DNA from: Nitrospirota bacterium | Lineage (GTDB): Bacteria; Nitrospirota; Thermodesulfovibrionia; Thermodesulfovibrionales; UBA6898 | Assembly: GCA_021814475.1 (NCBI GenBank) | Contig: JAKAIE010000004.1 | Span: 3,283-67,282, forward strand | Direction: 5' to 3' | DNA: 64,000 nt | In this document: piece by piece, positions 16,439 to 28,637 of the stretch | How the letters are laid out: every line of letters starts with the position of its first letter | How positions within the stretch are numbered: position 1 is the stretch's first letter | Made by a program: the position numbers and the translations under genes | The notes under the pieces: generated by a model | Told to the model about the DNA's origin: nothing | Database searches by the model: none | The model's input: only the letters and a program-made list of their open reading frames with translations

Positions 16439-17041
16439 CTAACACGATAAATTCCGATCGATGGCCGAGATCAGCGAACCGAAGGATCCCGCCTCGAAGA
16501 TCAGTATTATATCCCCTTCGATATAGAATTTCTCGATACTGAAATGAGTGTGCGCCATAAGGACCGTTACGTTTGAAAACTCGTCATCCGAGATCAGGAG
16601 GTTCTCGATATTGTCTTCCAGGTATGTCGGAAGAGAGTAGTTGATATGCTGCTTCAGTACGTTTGAGATCGACCCCATGACCCCGTTGATGACAATGTTG
16701 CCCACCTCGCTGAGCGTGCCCACCCTGACGGCGTCGAGGTCGTCCGGATCTCCCTCTTCGCTGACGAGGACCGAGACGAGCTTCGAGGCACTGTCCGGCG
16801 GGAAGACGAGGGCTGCAGTTCCGGTGAATGACCCTTTGAACCCCAGTTTTACGGCGGCGAGCCTGTCGCTGCTGAAACTGCCCATTTCGTCCTTCAGTGT
16901 CCCCCGGCTCAACACCTTGATGAACGGAACCTGAAGACTGATATGGCATTCGATCATGTCGCTGAGCACACCGGCGGCCTTTCCGACACCGATATTGATC
17001 AGCTCCTTCAGTGCGTCCGTTTCCTGTGCAGTCAGGTTCAT
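16439..17041 (-). CDS. CheC-family CheY-P phosphatase-like protein (200 aa)
   Basis: Start MNLTAQ overlaps the upstream stop (ATGA). Both CheC active-site motifs are present: DALKELIN-x22-P and SEVGN-x22-P. Confidence 0.8.
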   Translation of the reverse strand: MNLTAQETDALKELINIGVGKAAGVLSDMIECHISLQVPFIKVLSRGTLKDEMGSFSSDRLAAVKLGFKGSFTGTAALVFPPDSASKLVSVLVSEEGDPDDLDAVRVGTLSEVGNIVINGVMGSISNVLKQHINYSLPTYLEDNIENLLISDDEFSNVTVLMAHTHFSIEKFYIEGDIILIFEAGSFGSLISAIDRNLSC

Positions 17042-17415
17042 GCTCCCTCCCCAGCCTTCCCTTCCAGGGCCTTTCTCACCACAGACAGAAGTTCGTCCTC
17101 CTTCGGCGGCTTGTGGACAACGGCAAAGGCCCCGAGGTCCATGCACTGCCGGTAGACGCTCTCCTGGATGTCGGCAGTGATGACGACCACAGGGATCCGG
17201 GTCCCGAGGTGTGCGATCGCGCTCAGGATCTTCAGCCCGTCCATGCCGGGCATGATGATGTCCAGGAGGAGCAGGTCGGGTGCCTTTGTCGAGGCGATCT
17301 GGAGCCCCTTCATGCCGTCGGCCGCTTCGACAATGTCATGATTATCCGTCTTCAGGATATTCCTGATCTTGCCGCGCATGAAACTTGAATCATCGATTAT
17401 CAGTATTGATGCCAT
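17038..17415 (-). CDS. Single-domain CheY-like response regulator
   Basis: ILIIDDSSFMR, LLLLDIIMPGMDG, VVVITAD and HKP provide the conserved Asp/Thr/Lys set. Confidence 0.9.
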   Translation of the reverse strand: MASILIIDDSSFMRGKIRNILKTDNHDIVEAADGMKGLQIASTKAPDLLLLDIIMPGMDGLKILSAIAHLGTRIPVVVITADIQESVYRQCMDLGAFAVVHKPPKEDELLSVVRKALEGKAGEGA

Positions 17416-17419
17416 CTTC

Positions 17420-20400
17420 TCATCCTTCCCTGTGGTATTCCTGGATTGATTTTATGGTTACTTTCTTTTTGATCAGCATCTCGATCGCATTGACGACCGC
17501 CCGTGCGCCTGCGACGGTTGTCGTGTAAGGGATGCCGTGCTGGAGTGCGCTCCTCCGGATCGAAAAGGAATCCTTCTGTGCCTGCGCCCCGCTGACGGTG
17601 TTGATGACAAAGACGATCTCCCTGTTTTTGATCAGGTCGACGATATGCGGTCTTCCTTCCACCACCTTGTTGATCACCTCGACGTCGAGCCCCTTGTTCG
17701 ACAGAAACTCGGCAGTTCCCCTGGTGGCGATGACCGAAAAGCCTGCGGCGTACAGCCTCTCTACGAGGTTGCAGATGCCAGGCTTGTCCTCGTCCCTGAT
17801 GCTGATGACGATCTTCCCGGAGAGGGGGAGCACGTTCCTGACCGCTGCCTGCGACTTGGCAAAGGCCCGGCCGAAATCCTCGTCGATTCCCATCACCTCG
17901 CCGGTCGACTTCATCTCCGGTCCCAGAATTGTATCGACGCCAGGGAATTTATCGAACGGGAAGACTGCCTCCTTGACCGCGACGTGCCTGATCGTCTTTT
18001 CGGTTGTCAGCCCTAACTCCCTGAGCGTTTTCCCCGCCATTATCTTTGCAGCCACCTTGGCCAGGGGGACCCCCGTCGCCTTGCTGACGAAGGGAATTGT
18101 CCTCGACGCCCTCGGGTTTACCTCGAGAATATATATGTCGTTCTTCTTGACCGCAAACTGGATGTTCATCAGGCCTATGACCCCCAGTTCCTTTGCAAGG
18201 GCCTTTGTCTGCTGTTTTATCGCATCGATGATCTCTGCGCTCAGGGAATAGGGGGGAAGGGAACAGGCGGAGTCGCCCGAATGGATGCCGGCCTCTTCTA
18301 TATGTTCCATGACCCCGCCGACCACAACATCGGCGCCGTCGGATACTGCATCCACATCCACCTCGATCGCATCGCGCAGATATTTATCGACGAGGATAGG
18401 GTGTTCAGGCGCAGCCTTTACTGCCCGCTCCATATAGTTTCTGATCGAATCTTCGTCGTAGACGATCTCCATCGCCCTGCCGCCGAGGACATAGGAAGGC
18501 CTGACCATCACCGGGTACCCGATCCTCGACGCCGCTGCGACCGCCTCATCGACGGACATCGCGGTGTCGCTCTCCGGCTGTCTCAGGTCAAGTTTATGAA
18601 GGAGTTCCTTGAAACGCTTCCGGTCTTCGGCGCGATCGATCGAATCCGGAGAGGTGCCGAGGATTGTGATCCCCTCTTTTTCGAGCGGGACAGCCAGTTT
18701 CAGGGGAGTCTGTCCGCCGAACTGGACGATGACTCCAACCGGCTTCTCCTCCTCGATGATATGCAGGACATCCTCGATCGTGAGCGGTTCGAAATAGAGC
18801 CTGTCCGCGGTGTCATAGTCGGTGCTGACCGTCTCGGGGTTGCAGTTGACCATGATCGTCTCGAACCCGAGTTCCCTCAGGGCAAAGACCGCATGCACGC
18901 AGCAGTAATCGAACTCTATCCCCTGGCCGATCCTGTTCGGACCCGAGCCCAGGATTATGATCTTCTTTTTGTCTGTAGGGTTGACCTCGGACTCGAACCG
19001 GCCTGCAGGCCTACCAGCCTGCAGGTCCTCAATATGATAAAAAGGTCTCTCGTATGTTGAGTAGAGATACGGGGTGAAGGCCGCAAACTCGGCGGCGCAG
19101 GTGTCGACCATCTTGTAGGCCGGCACTATCCCGTGAGCCTTTCTGAATTCCCTGACAGACCTTTCGTCCGTTCCCGTAAGCTGTGCGACCCTCCTGTCTG
19201 AAAATCCGTTTTCCTTTGCAGCCCGGAGAAAGGCCGGGTCCAGGGGGCGGCCGGACTGCTTCGTGATCTCCTGCTCCATGTCGACTATCTGCAGGAGGTG
19301 GCGCAGGAACCACGTGTCTATCATGGTATGTTTATGGATCTCATCAATACTCATGCCGCCGCGCATCGCCTGGGCAACATACCAGATCCTCTCTGCGCCC
19401 GGTATCTTCAGTTTGTTGATGATCCTCTCCGGGGTCGTTTCGACCTCCTCCATGCCGTAGGTGCCTGATTCGAGGCTTCTGAAGGCCTTCTGGAGAGATT
19501 CCCTGAATGTCCTGCCGATCGCCATCACCTCGCCGACGGACTTCATCTGCGTGGTAAGCACAGGGTCTGCCTCGGGGAACTTTTCGAAGGCGAATCGCGG
19601 GAACTTCGTGACCACATAGTCGATGGTCGGTTCGAAGGATGCCGGCGTCTCTCTCGTGATGTCGTTCCTGATCTCGTCAAGGGTCAGGCCGACGGCGAGT
19701 TTGGCCGCGATCTTGGCTATCGGGAAACCCGTTGCCTTCGAGGCGAGGGCCGAACTCCGCGACACGCGGGGATTCATCTCGATGATGATCATCCTGCCGT
19801 TTGCAGGGTTCACCGCGAACTGGATGTTCGAGCCGCCGGTGTCGACACCTATCTCCCGGATGATCGCAACCGAGGCATCACGCATCCTCTGATATTCCTT
19901 GTCCGTCAGTGTCTGGGCAGGTGCGACGGTGATCGAATCCCCTGTATGAACGCCCATGGGGTCGAAGTTTTCTATGGAACAGATTATCACCACATTGTCT
20001 TTCCTGTCGCGCATCACCTCGAGCTCATATTCCTTCCAGCCCAGTGCCGACTCCTCGATCAGGACCTGGCAGACCGGGCTGAGTTTGAGCCCCTTTTCGA
20101 GCAGCTCGACAAACTCTTCCTGGTTGTAGGCGATGCCGCCGCCGGTGCCGCCGAGGGTGAAGGCCGGTCTCAGGATCGACGGAAAGCCGAGTTCCTTGAC
20201 CGCGTCGAGGCCTTCCTGCATCGTGTTGACCGCGGCGCTCTTTGGCACATCGAGGCCGATCTTTGCCATCGCCTTCTTGAAGAGCTCCCTGTCTTCCGCC
20301 TTCTTGATCGCGTGGATATTCGCGCCGATGAGTTCGGCCCCGTATCTTTCGAGCACACCCTTTTCGGAGAGTTCGACGGCAAGGTTCAGCGCGGTCTGGC

Positions 20401-20674
20401 CGCCCATCGTCGGCAGTATCGCATCCGGCCGCTCCTTTTCGATGATCATCTCCAAAACCTCGGCATTAAGCGGTTCGATGTACGTGACATCGGCGGTCTC
20501 CGGGTCTGTCATGATCGTCGCCGGGTTCGAGTTGACGAGGATGACCCTGTATCCCTCGTCCCGCAGCGCCTTGCAGGACTGCGTTCCCGAATAATCGAAT
20601 TCGCAGGCCTGTCCTATCACGATCGGGCCGGACCCGATAATCAGAATGCTCTTTATGTCCTCTCTCTTTGGCAC
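17420..20674 (-). CDS. carB: Carbamoyl-phosphate synthase large subunit
   Basis: 1084 aa. [32 protein letters not shown] and duplicated ATP-grasp halves. Confidence 0.97.
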   Translation of the reverse strand: MPKREDIKSILIIGSGPIVIGQACEFDYSGTQSCKALRDEGYRVILVNSNPATIMTDPETADVTYIEPLNAEVLEMIIEKERPDAILPTMGGQTALNLAVELSEKGVLERYGAELIGANIHAIKKAEDRELFKKAMAKIGLDVPKSAAVNTMQEGLDAVKELGFPSILRPAFTLGGTGGGIAYNQEEFVELLEKGLKLSPVCQVLIEESALGWKEYELEVMRDRKDNVVIICSIENFDPMGVHTGDSITVAPAQTLTDKEYQRMRDASVAIIREIGVDTGGSNIQFAVNPANGRMIIIEMNPRVSRSSALASKATGFPIAKIAAKLAVGLTLDEIRNDITRETPASFEPTIDYVVTKFPRFAFEKFPEADPVLTTQMKSVGEVMAIGRTFRESLQKAFRSLESGTYGMEEVETTPERIINKLKIPGAERIWYVAQAMRGGMSIDEIHKHTMIDTWFLRHLLQIVDMEQEITKQSGRPLDPAFLRAAKENGFSDRRVAQLTGTDERSVREFRKAHGIVPAYKMVDTCAAEFAAFTPYLYSTYERPFYHIEDLQAGRPAGRFESEVNPTDKKKIIILGSGPNRIGQGIEFDYCCVHAVFALRELGFETIMVNCNPETVSTDYDTADRLYFEPLTIEDVLHIIEEEKPVGVIVQFGGQTPLKLAVPLEKEGITILGTSPDSIDRAEDRKRFKELLHKLDLRQPESDTAMSVDEAVAAASRIGYPVMVRPSYVLGGRAMEIVYDEDSIRNYMERAVKAAPEHPILVDKYLRDAIEVDVDAVSDGADVVVGGVMEHIEEAGIHSGDSACSLPPYSLSAEIIDAIKQQTKALAKELGVIGLMNIQFAVKKNDIYILEVNPRASRTIPFVSKATGVPLAKVAAKIMAGKTLRELGLTTEKTIRHVAVKEAVFPFDKFPGVDTILGPEMKSTGEVMGIDEDFGRAFAKSQAAVRNVLPLSGKIVISIRDEDKPGICNLVERLYAAGFSVIATRGTAEFLSNKGLDVEVINKVVEGRPHIVDLIKNREIVFVINTVSGAQAQKDSFSIRRSALQHGIPYTTTVAGARAVVNAIEMLIKKKVTIKSIQEYHREG

Positions 20675-20691
20675 GTTAACCTCTCACGATA

Positions 20692-21267
20692 TTATATATT
20701 CTCAATAAATTTCTTTATCACGGCATGGGCGCTGATCGCGTCCTCCATACTCTTTCCTGCAAAGATGATCAAGTCTCGCCCACCGGCGAGTTTCAGCGTC
20801 AGCAGGTAGAGAGCATTCTCCTCCCCGAAGCCGGGGATGGCGGTATGGTGCTGCAGGGATATCTTCTTGACGAACTCTACTCCGTCGGCGTTTTCGACCG
20901 CCGTCTTCTTCGTCTCGATCAGAATGCTTTTGATATCCGCGAGGGGAAAACCTCCGACCATCCTGCAGTACAGGCCCTCCCTGAAGATAGAGACCTTTCC
21001 CCGCGGTCTGTCGAATGTCGTGCGAAGGTACTGCTCCCTGAATACAAACCGCCTGAAGAGTGGGAAGGTGATCAGTGCCACGCCGAGCAGTCCGGCAAAG
21101 GCGGGCAATCCGCTCCCCCCTCTGCTTGCTATCGCCATATAGGTCAGACCTGCCGCTGCCACGGATGCCAGCATCGAGGAAAACTCCCGGTTATAGATGC
21201 CGCTGTGCAGCACGCTGCCTGTTCCGGCATCGAAATACCGTGTCCTGAAGGTCAGGCTGTCGGCCAC
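20692..21267 (-). CDS. Hypothetical membrane protein (191 aa) between carA and carB
   Basis: Two hydrophobic helices (MLASVAAAGLTYMAIA; LPAFAGLLGVALITFPLF) followed by a roughly 110-aa soluble domain. No recognised motif. Confidence 0.55.
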   Translation of the reverse strand: MADSLTFRTRYFDAGTGSVLHSGIYNREFSSMLASVAAAGLTYMAIASRGGSGLPAFAGLLGVALITFPLFRRFVFREQYLRTTFDRPRGKVSIFREGLYCRMVGGFPLADIKSILIETKKTAVENADGVEFVKKISLQHHTAIPGFGEENALYLLTLKLAGGRDLIIFAGKSMEDAISAHAVIKKFIENI

Positions 21268-21325
21268 CTGCTCAATCGTATAGCTGGGCGAAAGGTCGGT
21301 CTGATCTTTGGTCTGATCTATGGCC

Positions 21326-22471
21326 TCACCCCGCGCAACTGCCTGTCTCTATCAGGTCCCTGAATCTAGAAAAAAGATGTGTCGAGTCGTTCGGCCCCGG
21401 GCCGGCCTCGGGATGGTGCTGGACCGAAAAGACCGGCAACTCCACATGTCTCATGCCCTCCTCCGTACCGTCGTACAGGTTCCTGTGCGTAAGCCTCGCC
21501 TGCCCTCCCAGGCTGTTGACATCGACGCAGTAATTATGGTTCTGCGAAGTGATCTCGACCCGGCCGGTGGCAAGATCCTTGACCGGGTGGTTGCCCCCGT
21601 GATGTCCGAATTTCAGCTTGTACGTCCTGCCGCCCATCGCAAGGCCGAGGATCTGGTGGCCGAGGCATATGCCGAAGACCGGCTTCTTTCCGATCAGTTT
21701 CCGGGCCGCCTCCACCCCGCAGGTAACCCTCTCGGGGTCTCCGGGACCGTTGCTCAGCAGGATGCCGTCCGGGTTCATTTCGAGGACCGCCTCGGCAGGG
21801 GTATGAGCAGGCACGACAGTCACCCGGAAACCGGCCTCGGCAAGGTTCCTGAGGATGTTGTATTTCACTCCGAAATCATAGACGACCACCGCGCGGCCGG
21901 ACTTCCCTTCTCCGCCCAGGGGAGGGTGGGGAGGGGCGCACCATTTCCAGCAGCCTTCATCCCATGTGTAGGGCTGCTGAGTGGTGACCTCCTTCACATA
22001 GTCGAAGGCAGAGATGCCTGGATGCGCCTTCACCTTTTCGAGAAGGCTGCGCGGATCGGGGTCGACCGATGAAATGATGCCCATCTGCGCGCCGTGGTTT
22101 CTCAGGTGGCGCGTCAGCGCCCTGGTGTCGATATCCTGGATCCCGACGACGTTGTATTTCTTCATATAATCGGTGAGGCCCATGGAGGACCGCCAGTTCG
22201 AGGGGACCTCGCAGGCCTCCTTGACGATAAACCCTTCGGCCCTGATGCCTCCGGCAGATTCAATGTCCTCTTCGTTGACACCATAATTGCCGATCTGCGT
22301 ATAGGTCATCGTGACGATCTGTCCCCTGTACGAGGGATCGGTCAGTATTTCCTGGTATCCGGTCATCGAGGTGTTGAAGACCACTTCTCCCATGGTCTCG
22401 CCGCCGGCGCCGAAGCCGGCGCCTTCAAATACGGTGCCGTCGGCCAGCACGAGCAATGTCTTTAATCCCAT
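21326..22471 (-). CDS. carA: Carbamoyl-phosphate synthase small (glutaminase) subunit
   Basis: Start [17 protein letters not shown] with [21 protein letters not shown] nucleophile elbow. Overlaps the pyrC stop by 10 nt. Confidence 0.95.
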   Translation of the reverse strand: MGLKTLLVLADGTVFEGAGFGAGGETMGEVVFNTSMTGYQEILTDPSYRGQIVTMTYTQIGNYGVNEEDIESAGGIRAEGFIVKEACEVPSNWRSSMGLTDYMKKYNVVGIQDIDTRALTRHLRNHGAQMGIISSVDPDPRSLLEKVKAHPGISAFDYVKEVTTQQPYTWDEGCWKWCAPPHPPLGGEGKSGRAVVVYDFGVKYNILRNLAEAGFRVTVVPAHTPAEAVLEMNPDGILLSNGPGDPERVTCGVEAARKLIGKKPVFGICLGHQILGLAMGGRTYKLKFGHHGGNHPVKDLATGRVEITSQNHNYCVDVNSLGGQARLTHRNLYDGTEEGMRHVELPVFSVQHHPEAGPGPNDSTHLFSRFRDLIETGSCAG

Positions 22472-23774
22472 CGGTATATCCTTCCTTGCGCGATAGTGAC
22501 TGCCGGCGCTCTGTGGAGCAGCCATCCCGCAAACGGGGAGTTCTTTCCCTTTGATACGAACCCCTCCGGATTGACGGTATATTCATTCTTTGTCCCGAGG
22601 ATCACCAGGTCCGCATCGGATCCCGGCCTCAGACAGCCTTTATCTTTAAGTCCAAGAATCCGGGCCGGTGCTGCGGTCATTTTTTCGATCAGGCCGCTCA
22701 GGTTGAGCACGCCGTCGTCGACGAGTTTCATGCTCAGGCCGATCAAGGTCTCGAGGCCCGAGATGCCGGAAGGCGCGTTGTCGAACTCGGAGCGTTTTTC
22801 ATCGGCGTGATGCGGGGCGTGGTCGGTGGCGATCACATCGATCGTGCCGTCCCTGAGCCCCTCCCGTATCGCTTCGACATCCTGCCGGGTCCTGAGGGGC
22901 GGGTTCACCTTTGCGTTCGTGTTGTACCCCCTGACCTCCTCTTCGGTGATATGAAAATAGTGGGGACAGGTCTCGGCCGTGACGCGGGCGATGCCTCTCT
23001 GTTTGGCCTGCCGCAGGAGTTCGACAGAACCCTTCGTCGAGACATGGGCTATATGGAGCCTCCCGCCGGTCAGCTCCGCCAGCGCAATATCCCTTCCGAT
23101 CATGATCTCCTCGGCCTGAGGTGGTATGCCCCTGAGCCCCATCGTCACGGAGAGCAAGCCTTCGTTCATCACCCCGCCGGCAGCAAGTGTCAGGTCCTCG
23201 CAGTGGGCGATGACCGGTACGTCGAGGATCTTCGAATACTCGAGCGCCCGTCTCATGAGGAGACTGTCCATCACCGGGCGGCCATCGTCCGAGAAGGCGA
23301 TGCAGCCGGCCTCGCGCATGATGCCCATCTCCGCGAGTTCCTCGCCTTTCTGGCCCTTGGTGATCGCCCCTATGGGGAAGACGTCGCAGGACGCAGTTTC
23401 ACGGGTCCTCGCAAGTATAAACGCGGTGGTGACGGCATTGTCGTTGACCGGGGAGGTGTTCGGCATGCAGCAGACACTGGTGACTCCGCCGCGTGCTGCT
23501 GCCGCGGTCCCCGTCTGTATCGTCTCCTTGTATTCAAAACCCGGTTCGCGCAGATGCACATGCATGTCGATGAGGCCCGGGATGACGAGGCGGCCCTCCG
23601 CATCAATGACCGTTTCTCCTTTTCCCCCGCGCACCTTGTCCCGTGCGCTGTGCCCCTTGTCCTTCGGCTCCAGTTGCTGTATCCCGGAGATCTTTCCGTT
23701 TTCGATGATAATATCACAGAGGCAGTCGATTCCCTGCGAAGGGTCGATCAGATGTCCGTTTTTTATAGTGACCA

Positions 23775-23778
<4 letters not shown>
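22462..23778 (-). CDS. pyrC: Dihydroorotase
   Basis: [14 protein letters not shown] metal-binding motif; 438 aa; lies between pyrB and carA. Confidence 0.93.
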
Positions 23779-25324
<1,546 letters not shown>

Positions 25325-25376
25325 CTAGGCATGGTGAAGGTATGTAATGGCGATCGCAGCTCACACCGGCTCCTTT

Positions 25377-25410
25377 GCCTTTGTTAGCCTCCCGGGCTAG
25401 TTTAAAAGGC
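25377..25410 (-). promoter_or_regulatory. Candidate PyrR-binding hairpin in the pyr leader
   Basis: Minus-strand RNA: GCCUUU-uaaac-UAGCC-CGGGA-GGCUA-ac-AAAGGC. The apical CC-pentaloop-GGCU resembles the PyrR box (A-R-U-CC-AGAGA-GGCU), but the loop sequence differs and no clear downstream terminator was found. Confidence 0.3.
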
Positions 25411-25415
25411 AGTTT

Positions 25416-25445
25416 ATTTAAGCATAAGAAAAGGAGGGGTGTCAA
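25416..25445 (-). promoter_or_regulatory. Putative sigma70 promoter of the pyr string
   Basis: Minus strand: TTGACA (25445..25440), 18 nt spacer, TTAAAT (25421..25416). Confidence 0.35.
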
Positions 25446-25619
25446 ACGTTTCTGCCGGGTCTCTGCTGCCGGCCGGCCACCGAAGCTTGCGAAAAAAGCA
25501 GGCCGTTGCCCGAGGAGGCTGCCCGCCGGCGAGTTTCCGCGGTGCGATGTAGTATAATTAACGGCTGTTCAGTGCCTTTGTCACTGACAGACATTTACAA
25601 TTGATGAGGAGTACGTCAC

Positions 25620-26489
25620 GTGAAGGTCAGTTGTTTCACTTTTTTGAGAAACGCGCATATCCTCGGATATCCCTTCATCGAATCGATACGGTCGGCCCTT
25701 CCTCTGTGCGACGAATACGTAGTCAATGTTGGGGACGGCGATGATGACACCCTTGAAATGGTCCAGGCAATCGGCAGCCCCAAGATAAGGATAATCCGGA
25801 GCAGATGGAACGAAAAGATGAGGACGAAGGGATATGTTTACGGCCAGCAGAAGTGTGTGGCCCTCTTCAACTGTACCGGTGACTGGGCGTTTTATCTCGA
25901 GGCGGATGAGGTCCTGCATGAAGACGACATTCCGGTTATCAGACGGGCGATGGAGACCCGCCTTGCCGATGAAAGGGTGGAGGCCCTCGTATTCGATTTC
26001 ATCCACTTTTACGGGAACCACAGGACGTATGCCTCCAGTCCGGCATGGTACAGGAGGGAGGCGAGGATTATCAGGAACTCCCTGAGGGTGTTCGCCCCTG
26101 ACGGATTATTTTTTCTTGTCCTCGATCCCGGTTCAAACAAAAAAAGCCGGTATCCGCGGGCTGCCCTTGCGGACGCGAGGATATTTCATTACGGATGGGT
26201 CAGAAGCCAGGAGCAGATGGGCGAAAAAAGCAGACGGGTTGCGGGCTACTGGGGGGGGCAGACGACGGTTATTGATTATTCGAAGATAGATGGCCGGATG
26301 CTCAGAGAATATTCCGGCAGCCACCCGGCGGTGATGCGCGGATGGCTGCCGATGGATGAGCCGGCGGTCTTCAGGCCTGATCCCGGCTACAGGCTGTCCC
26401 CCAGGGAACGGAGACATCGGATCTTGCAGAAGATCGAGGATGTCCTGGGCGTCGACCTGACGAAAAAACACTTCAGGCTGGTCAGGTAG
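25620..26489 (+). CDS. Glycosyltransferase family 2-like protein
   Basis: GTG start after GAGGAG. FLRNAHILGYPFIESIRSALPLCDEYVVNVGDGDDDT and FYLEADEVLHEDD (DxD-type) patterns. Soluble. Confidence 0.7.
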   Translation: MKVSCFTFLRNAHILGYPFIESIRSALPLCDEYVVNVGDGDDDTLEMVQAIGSPKIRIIRSRWNEKMRTKGYVYGQQKCVALFNCTGDWAFYLEADEVLHEDDIPVIRRAMETRLADERVEALVFDFIHFYGNHRTYASSPAWYRREARIIRNSLRVFAPDGLFFLVLDPGSNKKSRYPRAALADARIFHYGWVRSQEQMGEKSRRVAGYWGGQTTVIDYSKIDGRMLREYSGSHPAVMRGWLPMDEPAVFRPDPGYRLSPRERRHRILQKIEDVLGVDLTKKHFRLVR

Positions 26490-27227
26490 ATGGCGGAACA
26501 GAGAGCACCCCGAAAATGGAAATGCGGGTTCCCGGTTCGGCCGCTGGACAAGAGGGGGAAGACCGACTTTGCATTCGCCCTGATCATAGGGGGGGTGAAC
26601 GCGGTAATCATCTATTTTATCGCGCGGAATCTCTCTGCCGAGTCTCCTTTGTTCCGGACCCTCTTTCACTCGTACAGGTCTCTCCTGGTTTTGTTGCCCG
26701 TTGTATTCATGGCGGGTCTTGTCACGGCCCGTTTGTTGACGAGCCTGATCCCGTTTTTGTATCAGTTTGCAAAATTCTCCCTTGTCGGCAGCATGAATTT
26801 TCTCGTCGATATGGGGATATTGAATTCCCTTATTTTTTATACCGGCATCTGCAATGGACCTGCCCAGTCTGGACTGAAGGGCGTGTCATTTGTCCTTGCC
26901 GCTGTAAACAGTTACTTCTGGAACAAATTCTGGACATTTACGCGAAGATCAGGCAAGAGATTGCGGACCGAAGTGTATCAGTTCCTCGTCATCAGCACCT
27001 CGGGTTTCTTCGTGAATCTTTTGATTGATTACCTGTTTGTCAACAATATCGGTCCGCGTGCCGGGATAATGCCGCAGAGCTGGGCGCAGGTGTCTGCCAT
27101 GGCGGCAGCTATTGCGAGCCTCTGCTGGAACTTTATCGGGTATAAATTCATCGTCTTTGATGCGGGCGCCCCTGGACAGGCCGTCATGCAGCCTGACGGT
27201 ACGGGAATTACGGAAAGAAACGGTTAG
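26490..27227 (+). CDS. GtrA-family polysaccharide-synthesis membrane protein with N-terminal extension
   Basis: FAKFSLVGSMNFLVDMGILNSL and NSYFWNKFWTF are typical GtrA motifs; 4-5 TM segments. Confidence 0.7.
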   Translation: MAEQRAPRKWKCGFPVRPLDKRGKTDFAFALIIGGVNAVIIYFIARNLSAESPLFRTLFHSYRSLLVLLPVVFMAGLVTARLLTSLIPFLYQFAKFSLVGSMNFLVDMGILNSLIFYTGICNGPAQSGLKGVSFVLAAVNSYFWNKFWTFTRRSGKRLRTEVYQFLVISTSGFFVNLLIDYLFVNNIGPRAGIMPQSWAQVSAMAAAIASLCWNFIGYKFIVFDAGAPGQAVMQPDGTGITERNG

Positions 27228-27248
27228 CATGAGCCGCGGATATGCTCC

Positions 27249-28541
27249 ATGAATGATCAGCGCGCTGGTTCTCGCTATCCGGGATGGCTTCTGACTGCGT
27301 TGCCCTATGCCGTGTTCAGCGTGTTCTTGTGGTTTGCGTACGGCGTTGTGAGAAGGATCACCGGGGCCACCGGCAAGATCCTTGGTTTCCGGTACGGTGA
27401 TTTCTTCGAGTTTTATTCCGGGGCCGACGCATTACTGAAGGGCGCAAACATCTATGAGGCCGGACGGTTGGGGTATATTTATCCTCCGCTGCTGGCATTT
27501 CTGCTGGCTCCGTTATCCATGCTTCCGATAGATCAGGCGGCCTGGTTATGGCTTGCGGTCAAGATCGGCCTGCTCGCCGCCTGCGGCTGGTGGGGAGCGG
27601 CGGAAATACAGCAACGCCTTGCGCAGCCCCGGGATCGGGCCTCGTTATTGATTATTGTCCTCTCCGGCATGCTGCTGGACATGGACAAGCTGCGCACGGA
27701 AATGAATATGCAGCAATCGAATCTGCTTGTGCTGCTCTGTTTCGTTCTGGCATTGAGATGGCTTGACCGGCGTCCGCTGCTGAGCGGTCTCGCCCTCGGA
27801 TTCGGGGCCAATATAAAATATCTCACCCTTATCGCATTGCCCTATCTGATTGTCAGAAAACGCTACAAGGCGGCCGCGGCAACTGCGGCGGGTTCAGTGT
27901 TTTGGGCATTACTGCCGGCAACAGTGCTGGGATGGGACCGGAACATCGAATTTCTCAGAAATGCGCTCGGGGGTCTCGTGAATCTCGTGTCAAGGGATTC
28001 AGCCGCTACCGGAGCAGCGAAGGTCATGGGACCGGAGGCCGGCATGTCGATTACGGCTTTTGCCGCGCGATATTTTTCGGCCGGCCAGCATACCGCCGCC
28101 AGTATTTCGGTGGCCGGCACCGCAGCCCTTCTGTATATACTTGCTGTCTGGGGAATCTACCGTTCAACAGGAACCCCCTTTCTGCGGGGACGTGGCGGCC
28201 TCGCGGAGTCTCGGGATATTCTGCCGGGCGTTGTGGCTCTCGAATGGGCGGGCCTCATCGTTTTCGCCCTGGCGTTCAGCCCGCAGACCGGTAGTCCGCA
28301 TTTGTCAATCCTGCTGCTTCCCTGCCTCGCGGCGGCGGGTGTGCTTTTGATGCCGCGACAACAGATTTCGGGGCTGCCGCTGATTGCGGGCCTTTTAATA
28401 ATGTTTGCGGGTATGGTGCTGCCCTACGGACATGATAACGCCATGCGCTGGCATCATATTGCCGGCCCCATATGGTGCGTATTGACGATGTATCTGACCC
28501 TGCTGTGGACCGGTTTAAGGAGACTGAAGGCTCAAACCTGA
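27249..28541 (+). CDS. GT-C-type membrane glycosyltransferase (DUF2029/GT87-like)
   Basis: 430 aa, polytopic. The GYIYPPLLAFLLAPL motif in the first periplasmic loop is typical of DUF2029. Confidence 0.65.
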   Translation: MNDQRAGSRYPGWLLTALPYAVFSVFLWFAYGVVRRITGATGKILGFRYGDFFEFYSGADALLKGANIYEAGRLGYIYPPLLAFLLAPLSMLPIDQAAWLWLAVKIGLLAACGWWGAAEIQQRLAQPRDRASLLIIVLSGMLLDMDKLRTEMNMQQSNLLVLLCFVLALRWLDRRPLLSGLALGFGANIKYLTLIALPYLIVRKRYKAAAATAAGSVFWALLPATVLGWDRNIEFLRNALGGLVNLVSRDSAATGAAKVMGPEAGMSITAFAARYFSAGQHTAASISVAGTAALLYILAVWGIYRSTGTPFLRGRGGLAESRDILPGVVALEWAGLIVFALAFSPQTGSPHLSILLLPCLAAAGVLLMPRQQISGLPLIAGLLIMFAGMVLPYGHDNAMRWHHIAGPIWCVLTMYLTLLWTGLRRLKAQT

Positions 28542-28637
28542 AAGGACCAACCCTGTCCCTGCCAGGCGGCATATCCGAAGCGGGAGGCCGGAGAAACGCT
28601 GGATGAAGCGCGGCGCGGACTCAGATCTTCCCTGCTG

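Noticed and set aside
25375-25557. 60-aa plus-strand ORF in the pyrR/GT2 divergent spacer, with AAGGAGG nearby.
   Set aside because: The product is an Arg/Lys/Pro-rich low-complexity peptide, typical of a GC-rich non-coding frame, and the ORF overlaps the predicted pyr promoter and leader.
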